Positions 1 through 12,063 of a DNA stretch of 64,000 nt are shown in pieces (within the stretch, counting starts at the first letter, position 1; every line of letters begins with the position of its first letter). The stretch is from assembly GCF_000150275.1 (NCBI RefSeq), contig NW_002060949.1, positions 2,353,836 to 2,417,835 on the forward strand. The letters run 5' to 3'. The position numbers and the translations under genes were made by a program. The notes under the pieces were generated by a model. That model did not search any database, was not told where the DNA came from, and saw only the letters and a list, made by a program, of their open reading frames with translations. Source of the DNA: Trichoplax adhaerens. Lineage: Eukaryota; Animalia; Placozoa.

Positions 1-292
1 CGCATGATAATATAAATTGTGATGCTGTAAATAGTCATGAAATAAAAATGAAATGTAAAGATGCGTAATAAAGCAATTTTGAATTCATCTACCCAGATGT
101 TTTAAAGCTGAAGGTTTTACATCTATTAAAATAGCTACAGTTATATAAGCGATCGACTTTTAGATTTCAGAGAGTGCCTTAGTACTCATGCATCACATTA
201 TCATAATAATCAGTATTGTTAAAGGACTGCCTAATAGATTACGTCTGCTATGTGCATAGTAAAATCAATGGTCCTAAGAATTCATCACGTAC

Positions 293-3200
293 ATTTTGAT
301 CTAGCATTCTATGATATTCAGCTTCACTTGGTAGTCGATAGTCTTTACCTAACCAGGTACAATATGCTTTTGCTTCGTGATAGTTGACTTCAACAGGCCA
401 TTCCATCGGCATAGTAATGACATCAAAAGTCGTACGATATCTTTAAAAAGATAGAAATGATTGTGATTACTATGCTCTTAATTTAATAGCCTTTATAGAG
501 ATTAATAAATTGCACATGATTACGCTAGCGCAGCTATATCATAATGATAAATATTCATCTTATATCGGGTAACTAAATTCTATGGTAGATGCATATAGAA
601 CACTTCTACTGCATTTGACAAAATTGCTAACGCACATATCTAATATAAATGCCAAAATTCGTTGCCACATCAGTAGCTAAAGAACGAGGCATCATAGATA
701 TTTAAAATTTTATATACTTGAATTTGGATGTCAGGTCTTCTTGATTATGATAATTGAAATCATTATCGAAAAAACGTGGCTGACAATGGGAATATTCACT
801 AAGATTTCCACCACAACCCAATTTGCAGCCTAATTTATTAATTGAAGTTAGTATAATAAAAGATTTTAGTTTTCACTGATATTAATAAAATTTAAGACTG
901 TTACTACGATCGGACAAGATTATAACGAAGCATCACCGGTTAAATGTAGATTTTTATACTCTTTTATACGTGTCGTATGTTTAAGGTTACCTTTATCACA
1001 AATCCAAAAGACTGGATGATGTGCCTTGCGAAATATTTTCCAATTCCACCCTAATTAGGTTACATTTCAATATATATTTATCTCAATATGATTGTAGACA
1101 ATGCATATAATTTACCTCTTTTGAAACTGATTTAAATATTATTACTTATATTTCATTCAATACCGTATCGAGAATACGACTATACCTTCGTTCGACCAAA
1201 ATTCTCTCCTTTCGTATCCGCCGTCCTTAACAAACTTCAAGTATTCGCCGTTGGTAATTGGATATTTAGTGGCTTGAAAAGGTGAAACACTAATAGCATA
1301 ATTTACAAGCAATAAAGTCATTCCATGTACGAGTATGCTAATCGAATGAACAATCAGATAGTCGATAGAATACTTTAGACGATATTATATTGTATGGAAA
1401 AAATATCTTAATTGTAATTTCTATATTTTACTAGTGAAGATATTTATCTATCTTTAGCTTTAATCTACTCAAGTAAACAATACAGTCTAGTGATTAGCAT
1501 TAGCAAATGATAGTTAGTTACCAGAACTTTTTGCTATGGCATTTTTTTACTAATGATCCAATTCTATAGATATCCACACTTACTGAGATACCAGTTCACC
1601 ATATTCATTATCCCAGCCGAATGATGGGAACGCATCTGGCCTTCCAAGTCTAACATCTTTCTGGTCGACGGCAATAAGATTATTATCACCAGCGTTTTCT
1701 ATTTTCATTTGAAAGGACATAACGCAATTATATAACATGAAACCAATATCACGATACAAGTTGTATTTAGAAAGGCTTGATATAGTAAATTAAATTTGAA
1801 TTTAAATCATCGTAGTTGCTGACCATTCGCTTGGTAAGATGCATAGTGCCAATCATTCGGTTTAGCAAGCATATCTACTGGCAATTGACGGAAAAGCACA
1901 GAAGAAGTCTCAAAATGCAACCTAAAAAATAACATCAAAGTGCAGAAATCTGTTTCAGACTAAATTATTGAAAGATACTTAGACTGCGTCTTTGTATATT
2001 TCGGTGCATTATCAAGCTATAATTTTCTTATAATGTACACATTTTCTTACGTAACAAGGAGGAATGTAGTAGATATATTTCGATAATACATAATACTTGA
2101 GTTGATAATTACAGTAAGGATAAAGATGAATGATTTTTGTCAAAATGAAATTATTGTAAATTATCCTACCTTTCATGTTCAATGGATAAAAAGAGTGCCC
2201 ACTTTGATAGATTGTTGTATTCAAGCCAAGACATAGTTAGAATAAGGAGTATCGAAATGTTAAGACGAACTGACAGATAGATACCCTACATCGGGTTCTA
2301 TCGATAAAAAATTAACAGAAAGGATAATTTATGGTGTTATGTATGAGGACTTTATTGAATAATTCGATACTCGCTACTAGGTGCATCGCTATAATGTATA
2401 TCTAATGCAATAAGTTTATAACTGGAATTCTGCTAGTTTAACAAATCAATTTTAATCCATATAACACGGCATAATATTCTGATATGTAAATTCGAAACGT
2501 AAGCACTAGACTGACAATTTCCTTTTGCATAACCCATTTTAATTGAAACTGCGACGAAATTTTATCATAAGACGTTATAATAGCAGCACTAAATCACTAT
2601 CTTGAATTGAAGGCAATAGAATTACAAACTGTATGATAGTAAAATTTCTTGTACTGACAGAGTACTGTAGTTAATTTTGTAACACTATTAGTATTTGAGA
2701 AGTATTATCTTGCTCAATTCTTTTTGATAATCGCTATAACATAGCTATAGTAAAATGTCGTATGATGATATCGAAAATATCTTTATACGGGTACTAGGTT
2801 TTTAAGGTGCCTTGGCAATGCTCTATGGCTAGTCTTAATACTCAGTTTGAAGAAAGAATTTAGCTAGTTATTTACAAAGCTCCTATACTTTAACTGTAGA
2901 TTTTATACATTTATAGTTCTTGCTTTAAAGAAATCATCATTGGTTCAATAGACTTGCGACCTTTTAAATCGTATAGTGGTAAAGGTTACTACTGTATATC
3001 GTAAACAGAAAATTTTAAATGAAGAAATATTTTTACATAACATTATTACTCTTACCCATGGGCTATCTTCAGTTATTGGCAGCACTAGAGGTGTTTTTCG
3101 AATAACTTCGCGAATTAGCTTTCTAAGTTGGAGACGATATGCATAAACTTCTTCAACTGTTGGCCATTGAAATTTACCGCCGAAGCGATAGCTTTCCTTG

Positions 3201-6200
3201 ATAATAAGTTAAAAGATGAGTTATTTTAAAGTAACACATTAATAAAGGAATTTTTCTTAGAGAATGCTGCACTGTAATAGGATTAGACGTATATTAACAA
3301 AATCAGCCAACCAACCAGAGTAACCGTTAAATATTTTAATCAATATTAGAGAAATTTCTATTCAAGACTACATTTTTGGTTGAAGTGTTTAAAAATATCC
3401 TGCAGCCACGGAGTAAGTATACCGCAGTTAATATATTCTATTCATAAGCATTTTAGAAATTTTTATATTAGTGTTACACATAAAGTACCATACTCATGCT
3501 TGTAGGAAAAAATAAAATTATCGTATCTCGTTGGTTAAAGTTACTTTGTCGTGAACACGATATCAATGCATTAAAATTATTTGCTATGATATATTGATAA
3601 GTTTACTTTATACAGATCGTATATCATCATCATTTCAATCAGGAATAATTTACTCCAAGTAGAGATGACGAAGATCTACACCTGATACTGTATACGATTT
3701 AAGCATGAAAATTACTTAAACTCATATGAAATAAAGGTATCCTGATTTATGAGTAAAATTCTTCTTTAGTATAATTCTTTTATAAGAGATACTAAAGAAA
3801 TAATGTCAGTACGAGATAGTAAAACAAAACAAGAAACTTTTGTTTTAAGAAGTATGTTTAAAAATTAAATTTCATGAGCGAGATAATCATCCACCAATAG
3901 CTTGGCAACTCTGACTTACTGTGTCATCCCAAGACATTTCATCGACACCAGTCTCCAATAAAGTTTCCAGATGTAAATCGATGCGGTCCTATTAGGATAA
4001 CAGGTCATATGGAATGTTAGTAGTTAATAAAAAAGGAGAAAAATTTGGATTAGTAAAAAAATAAGAAAACAGAGGCTGCCACATACCTTGATTAATCCGG
4101 CCAGTTTGAGTTTGTTAACGTAAAGTGTCGCGGTATGGCCATAATAGAATATTAATGGTAATCTAAGATAATCAGGACTTTTGTAGAAAACAGAGGTATC
4201 TATAATTTTAAAACAAAATTTTTTAATTCGATTATAGATCACGCGAGGATATTCAGCCATAAAATTGGGTAACAATGTATGATCGATTAATGCACTTAAT
4301 TATGTAAAGTATCATCGAATACTCAAAGAAGTTTTAAATGTTATTCAATTTTAAGGACCGAATTCAGTAAATATTTAAAGCTATTATAATTATTAGAATT
4401 CGACAAAAATGATCAAAATTTACCCTTCAGTGCCGTAAATAGGGTTTCGTATAACGAGTAAGAATTCTCGAAATATTCAAGGATATCCCTAAAGGATGAG
4501 AGGCATATACTTAATCGTTAGTATCAAATAAATTTGTTATATTTCAGCACCACGTACTATAATCGTTCAGACAAAAACATGCCAATGTAATTAAGTGCTC
4601 TCTAATTTACTGTTATATCTAACGTTTGATTAGTTTACGACAGATTTTATTCCGTAAACAAATATTGATTAGATTGAAAATATTTATTTACAATTTATTC
4701 CAAATTGTTTTTATTGAATTAATCTAATAAACAGGTACAAGAAGTAGAGTAATGATGGCATTCTGAGGAGAGCTAATTGCGGTTTAAAGATTCACCTTAA
4801 CCTAAATTTAATTTGAAGTCTTAAGATTTCTGACCGAATGAATTCTGGTACCGATTTACGGTAAGTAGTTATAATTTTCTTACTATACTTTGATTAAAAT
4901 GTGTGCTGTTTGAAGTAGAGCGTGATGTAAAACTTTGAAATAACCTTTGTGAATTATTTAACGACTAATGACGTAGCATGCATACTCATATGTATATGTA
5001 CGCGCATAGTTAATAATCCAAAGCGTAGAGCTATGTTAAATCATTAGTTGAACTATTATCTTATTATCTTGATATTTTCATCATTTGTTAAGCGCGCATT
5101 ATAAAGTTCTTTTCCCATAGTTTTTTTATATTTGAACTATACCTTTGGATGAAATAAATAGGCATTTGGTGCGAATAGAACTGTCGTACAGATTGTAGGA
5201 GAGGGCTTAACTTGTTTTATATTTAATTGAATGTGCCCTTTGGGTATAACTCGGTAAGCTATGATGACCATTTCGTACATATAAAGCGCTTAAAGTAAAG
5301 GCAAGTACATACAGTAATACTGTAATATCCCTTAGCCAGATCTCATTTAATTTAGTAATCATGATAAACATTACATTAATGCAGTAGCCTATTGACCACT
5401 CCCGCCATTCATTAATCATAAACGTCTGTCGCTCAAAGTATAACATAGCGCATAATAATAGTAGTGTAAGGTCATTATTATTTGCTATTTGTTATTATAC
5501 TAGTTATGAAAAAGAAAATAAAGCTCCGCCTGGTATGCTAGTAATGCATAATAGTTACTTATTTTATTAAAATTAAAGAAACGATACAAGTGATGATACT
5601 AGTGCTAGTCTAGGCATTACGCGATCGTGATTGATGTAGCCGGTGTAGCACCTTTTATCCCTTGTATTAAATTAATATTTACAATTTGGTTGTATTCGAT
5701 GGTCCGTAAAATTTTCTTCGACGACGTGAATGCTACTTATACAATTTAATTTGTCTACGTGACTGATTGCATGTGCTACTTCGATAAGGGAAATTAACTG
5801 GGAATCAAATCGAACATAGATATTGCTTCATAACTCTATTATATTGTAACAATAAACTCTGAAATGGACAGAGAAGAGCAGTCTTTGAAAATCAAAATAG
5901 CCTAAATAAGTAGTTGCCGTTTTCAGGTATACAACAAGTATATGTTGATAATTTCTCGTCTAGGAACCTAAATGAGTATTACTGTTTAATTAAAGCATTT
6001 AACAACTGTATGTCAACAATTTCTCGTCTAGGATAGCGTTCGGTTGAATAATCATTAACGTCGATTGACTTATTGCGGGAATAGTTTCTATCGATCGTAA
6101 ATTATGTATGGTACTTTAGAAGCTAGTGGCTATCCGAATAATATCTTCGGTAGTTAATTCAAAGAGTTAAAATTAACTTTATTATCGTATTAATAAAAAC

Positions 6201-7028
6201 CGATGTATCAATGAACAAAGTATATCGTGAATTGTTTAATTTATATTTCAATATAGTGGAACTCATTCATCTATATCCTTGTAGTCAGATTATGTATTTA
6301 CGTGTTATGTGGAAAGGTTTGCTATTTGTTTGCTCTACAGTAACAGTTTAATAGAGGTTTTCATTAATTCTTAAGAAACGCGTAAAAGACTTGTGATTCA
6401 CAGATAAATACGAGTAGGTATCAACTACTAGTCAATAAATACATTAATTAATGAATCGAGTCAATTTATAAGCTATATTGACTAATAGCAGATTAGAGAA
6501 ACCGTCACTACGAAGATAGAGATTATCCGAGTTAATGGGGGTACTCATTAAGATATCGGTAGTGAATTATTCCATGGTAAACTTTTCTACTCCATTATCT
6601 TCGACAATAAACAGGAAGGACGCAATGTAATTAGTTAAGCCTTATGTATATCTATAACCTATTTCGTTCTGCTATCAGGATTAATTAAATCGTAGCAGTA
6701 ATAGTAAAGACCCTCACTAGATGTCCAGCTCAGCATCGAATAGCAATATTTTCTTGAAAGTAGATACCGTACCGCTATAAATTTCATTTAAAAAGTATTC
6801 AAGATTTGTTAACTATAACATGGTGATATCCTACACATGTTATACGTACATAGTTCTAAAGCTTGAAATTGGTGAGAGGCTTAGTTTAAATTAAATTGAT
6901 TTATTTAAATTTTATCCTAAATATACTCACTGTTTGCTACATCTGCTGAGATCGCAGCATGGCAATGAATGGTTTACTTGGGGGCCAGTAAGTATACTTT
7001 CCTTTCTATAGTTGGATTTTTCAGTCAT
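293..7028 (-). CDS. ovoA: Ovothiol synthase OvoA (5-histidylcysteine sulfoxide synthase), 5' part; 3' exons including the expected methyltransferase domain are probably left of the window
   Basis: Phase-consistent GT-AG exons: 7028-6931, 4488-4424, 4199-4087, 3988-3920, 3196-3056, 2201-2170, 1921-1824, 1698-1584, 1289-1186, 1050-991, 829-718, 440-293. The translation contains DILEYFENSYSLYETLF, LRLPLIFYYGHTATLYVNKL, ETGVDEMSWDD, WPTVEEVYAYR, LPITEDSPWWALFLSIEHERLHFETSSVLFRQLP (HX3HXE iron motif), SFGWDNEYG, ITNGEYLKFVKDGGY and WPVEVNYHEAKAYCTWLGKDYRLPSEAEY. This is the DinB-like plus FGE-sulfatase architecture of OvoA. Confidence 0.95.
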
Positions 7029-10000
7029 AGTATCAAAAACAGGATTGTGCGCTTGATTTTCTTGATCTATTACTGTAGAATTAACAAAAATATATAAGCG
7101 TCTAATGCATTTATAGTCCACAGATTGCTTTAGAATAATAAATTAAAAGATTAAATGAATACATAGATCGCCTACATTTTCGTTACGAACTGGTTATTAA
7201 GTTAAAAGTTACTGGTGAGGAATCTCAATTTTACTGAGAGAATTGTACGGAGTAGACTAACTCAACGGAACCGAGTAAATTATCTTTAAAGTACGGGTAT
7301 AGTAATTATAATAGAACGTCATGCTTTGATTTGTCATTAAATGCACTCGTCTCATGGAGCGAATCAAAAAAGAATAGAACTCTAATTCTTCTGTAATCAT
7401 AGTGGCAATCATTTTCATAAATGACATTCATACGATCTTAAAATTATCCTTGCTTAATATATTCTTTCCACTATTAATTTTTCTACAACATCGTGGAGTT
7501 ATTAAATCAAATAAAATGATCGTGAATATGCTATTACAATTTTTTCTTCCCATAGACCGGTTGATTAACTTGTGCTTTGCTGTCATACTACCTTAGTAAT
7601 GCTTCATCGTCAAACTAAAGTACGTAAAATGAATGTATTCACAGTCGGTACGGCACGTTTTGCCATGCTTATCATTTCATATTTTATGCTAATAATAAAA
7701 AAATTTACCGAGTTTAAACCATGAAGCATCGCATTGCGATGATATTTATGCAAGATATGGATTGATGAATGCTACATTGATTGATTTTTTTTACGTTTTG
7801 TAGTCAAGTTTTGGCAGATTTAGTAATTTTAATCAATGAATAGGAAAGCTTCCTGCTGTTTAAAGTAGAGAAGTAAGTTCATCAGTACGAATGTTATTAA
7901 ATAATATTTGTACGGTGTAGTTTTTTAATTAGTAGAATAGACAAAACGGATTTGAGTGCTTATAAAGTGGCGCTATTCGGTTAAAAATGTTCTATCCATT
8001 AAAAAAAAATGATCCACAAAAAATGTCCCATAAAAGCGAATGAATGGAAAAGAATGGATAGAGCGTGTCTTAGTGATTATAGTACGATCGTTTATGTTGT
8101 CTAGCCCTAGTAATCATTTCGTAATTTCATACTTTTAATCATAGCTATTTCTTTTGCTATTATAGCTCTAATAAAGAAGATATTTACTATCGTCGTTTTA
8201 AAGTCTGATAAGCAGATCAGGAACAATTTTCCCGTTTGATGTACTAGCGTATACGTAATGTGAAGGGCCATATTAAATGGGTGTGACAGAAACATTCAAT
8301 ACAGCACTGCTTTTATTTTGAGGTATGGTAACTAGTACAAGCAACTCTATTTCTAACTATTAGTTCGAATTTAATAGCAGTCTGGTCTAGCATTTGATGG
8401 TCACTACTAATTCTGTATATCATGATGAAATTTCTAATCTAGTAGCGTTAATATGGCTATATAAATTGTCAAGATTAACTAACTAACCTGTTGAATGTCG
8501 TGATTGTGATAAAATTACGACGCATAAAACATTGCGATCTTTTCAATCAATTGGATAGACCTTGCATGCGTTCTTTACAACTGGGAATACAACGTCAAGT
8601 CGAGAATTTATAACTTTGTGGCAAGGCTATTTTTAGCGTCTATCGTACGAGTATGTCGTACATGTACTTAACCTAACTAGATATTTTGACAATTGATCTC
8701 GTTATCCTATAATTAATTAGCAGTAGCTATATGCCTTATTACGTATCCCTATTGTCTTGTATTAAATAAGATTAAAATAATAACAAAAAATTCATACTTG
8801 TCGTAACTGTGCTTAATTTCCATAGTCGATTTTTGACGCAATTTATATACATTGAGCTGTTTTCTTTTACCTCTACTATTGTGCGTACAATGGTACTGTA
8901 GTATTAGCATTATGAAGAACGTTAAAAAATAATAATCAACTTGGCTGTGTGATAGTTTTAATTTTAATTTGTAACTCAATCGTTATATCTTAGACTTGGC
9001 AAAGTTTGTCTGCTTGCCAGTCATATCTTTATCTACAAGATTTAGCAATTTTATAGGGATGTCGATGATATCGGTGTTGAGTATTATCGACTAGTGTAGT
9101 ATTGGATAATAGAAATGTAAGTAGAGGCGTCAAATTACGTGCATTAGGTTTGGGACTTGACTTAAATAATTAATCATTGTATAAGGATTTCCCAAAAGGC
9201 TACCATTTAGATCCCAGACACTGTTGCTAGGGGGTTGGGGTTGAGTTGCACAAGTAATAAATAACAATGTGATTAATTGTATTTGCATCGTAACAATATA
9301 TCCAATATAGCCATTGTTATAATACGAATAACGTTGTCCGTAACTGTTTGGAGATTGACATTAGCGACGAAAGTTAAGATTTAGTTCTATTAAAAAGCTT
9401 GTTTGTATTTTTTGTTCATTTGCAGATTGACTTGTAATGTCCTTAGCGGTAAAGTCGATAGTTTGCTTGGATTCCGTATGCTGTACGTAATCCTAAGTTA
9501 TCATCAAAGTATTCGATTGATTTTTGCATCTATACTGGCACAGTATATCTGCAAGACAACGGATAGACGAATTTGACGTAGATTCACTGCAACTAATGTT
9601 TATTGGTTAACTATTGTGATTGAAATATTATTGAATTATCGCAACTGTTTTTATATAATGCGTATCTGTAATAATTCAAATAATAGAATGGAAAGAAATC
9701 AATGAAAGTTATGTCAAATTTTACCAACCATGTCGAATAATTCAAGTCGTTTCGAAATGAGTTCGAGAAACTAGCATCAGTTTACATCAATAATAATGGA
9801 ATTACCAATGGTCTGATTCATTAATTATATTACCTACTTTTAAATGTTCTTTGATTACTATCAGATTTGGCGGATTGACTGGTCTTAATACTGATTATTT
9901 GACGACCGATTTGGACGGAAACAGTAGTACAAATTTGGGCATACTGTCAGTCTCGATATAGTTCGTTTATTTTTGAATAGATGTACAGTAAAAATAGCCC

Positions 10001-10705
10001 GGTGTAGTGATCCCATCAATGGTTTACGTAGACTAAAAAACATGGTCCCTTTACCAGTGTGAAGTCGGATATAAGTCTCCTTTATTAGGGTCTCTACTAT
10101 TGGATAGTTATGCAATTAACTAGTGATCATTGAAAGTATTTGCAATGTCATGGATAAGATTTCGCGTAACGAGGTATAAATTTTGTTGGGTGTTATTGTT
10201 ATAATAATCAACTGACGATGAATATAAGCGAAAGAGATTGAACTGTCGTTCGATTCTCTCGTACTCTCCTGTCGTATAATTTAGTAGAACTAGTAGACTT
10301 TGAGAGTAATACTATTACTCTAATGGAATTGGTCATAAAGGGTTATCGAAGCTCCAGTTATTGCGTGAATACTTGTGTAAAAGTGATTAGCAAAACGGAG
10401 ACGGACTTCCCTTTCTTAACAGTATTCTATGCTTAATTTTAAAGACAATGCCTCGAGTAAGTCTTTTAGGAAAATACAGTTTCAGAAAGTTATCTCTCTT
10501 TGCACCATATCGCAAATACGATCAGTAATTAATAAATTATGATCAAGGCCTCAAGGGAGTAGTTGTCCGGGGGCAATAGATTGATTGTCGTTTTCTTTTC
10601 TTTTTATTTATTTATTAGCGATGTCTGGCTGTGATACTGTAGCCGTGTAGCAGTGGAACACGAACTCAGGGGCCATTCCAACTTCTTTTTGCATTGGTTT
10701 TCCTA

Positions 10706-11735
10706 CTACAGTGTATGTACTGTAAATAGTTGATTGATTAATACTGTCCTGTACAGTACAGTACTGTACTGTACAGAAGGTGTCTCATCAAAGTTATACT
10801 GTACAGTACAGTACAGTAAGTACATTGTGCTTAAAATANNNNNNNNNNNNNNNNNNNNNNNNNNNNNNNNNNNNNNNNNNNNNNNNNNNNNNNNNNNNNN
10901 NNNNNNNNNNNNNNNNNNNNNNNNNNNNNNNNNNNNNNNNNNNNNNNNNNNNNNNNNNNNNNNNNNNNNNNNNNNNNNNNNNNNNNNNNNNNNNNNNNNN
11001 NNNNNNNNNNNNNNNNNNNNNNNNNNNNNNNNNNNNNNNNNNNNNNNNNNNNNNNNNNNNNNNNNNNNNNNNNNNNNNNNNNNNNNNNNNNNNNNNNNNN
11101 NNNNNNNNNNNNNNNNNNNNNNNNNNNATAGTGTACTGTATTTTATGGACTGTACACTGTACTGTACAGTCAACCTGTTGTCAGGTCGTTGGTGTTTGTT
11201 CGATTCGGTGCTGAACCACATTACTACAGTACAGTACTGTACACTGTACAGTAGAACAAGTGTACCGCGTACTGTAGTGTATTCATTTTGGACTGCACCG
11301 CACGTGTAAATCAGGGTGAACCACCACTACTGTACTGTACACTGTACAGTAGTCCAAATTATCACCATACTGTGTACAGTATGTACAGTAAGTCGTCGTT
11401 GTTCTGTACCGTACTGACAGTACAGTACTGTATGTCCCAAGCTATTCACTGGTGCTTACAGTAGTACTGAACCAGGTGGACTTTGGGATTTTTTCACCAC
11501 ACTCATGATGACTCTGCATAGGTGTTACAGTCTAAGTAGCAGTGTGTACTACTGTAGTTTTGAGAGGAAAACCAACAAGTTCTATCGCTAGACTGAAGAA
11601 ACGATTGAAAAGTTGTTTTTTGTCCTTCAGTACAGTACAGTGTCTGTACAGTACTGTCAGCAATGACTCTACAGTGTACAGTACATTGGACAGGAGACAG
11701 TACTGTACTGGAGATGGAATGCAGTTGTACGTACC
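10706..11735. repeat. ACAGT/ACTGT pentamer-rich palindromic island upstream of RAD23, interrupted by the assembly gap
   Basis: Dense TACAGTACAGTACTGTACTGTACAG-type runs in both orientations. Perfect 28-bp palindrome at 10749-10776. Sub-repeat TGAACCAC...TACTGTACACTGTACAGTAG near 11212 and 11317. Confidence 0.9.
10839..11127. other. Assembly gap (289 N)
   Basis: Run of N in the sequence. Confidence 1.
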
Positions 11736-12063
11736 GTCCAACTTCCCCTAGCCGTCCTGGTCGTCTTTATCTTGCAGTGTGTGTGTGACAAAGCAGATCA
11801 ATCTACATACGCTTGAAGTGCAATCCAATCATTCACCACACAACTGACGCCATTGCAGCCAACCTGTTCCGTCTACTCTTGTTCATTTAGGTAGGTGGCC
11901 ATGCTTCCTTGATAGATTAATCGACATTTTAGACTGGTAAAAGATCATGTAGAATGAAGAATGTACCATTTTAGAGGAGATCAATTGTATTGACAACGTT
12001 TTTATTGTACTGTATGCTGGTCAGGATAGTCGTTTGGCCCACAAAGAAGCAAAAACTGCAACC

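Noticed and set aside
1-292. Next ovoA exon inside the window
   Set aside because: The candidate acceptor near 123 gives an immediate stop in the required phase, so the next exon is probably outside the window.
7100-10700. Separate gene between ovoA and RAD23
   Set aside because: Only short low-complexity ORFs with no consistent exon chain; non-coding ovoA 5' exons remain possible.
10706-11751. ORFs 10706-11221, 10734-11309, 10780-11214, 11532-11741 and 11542-11751
   Set aside because: They span Ns or simply translate the ACAGT pentamer (TVQYS/TVLYC words), so there is no evidence of coding.
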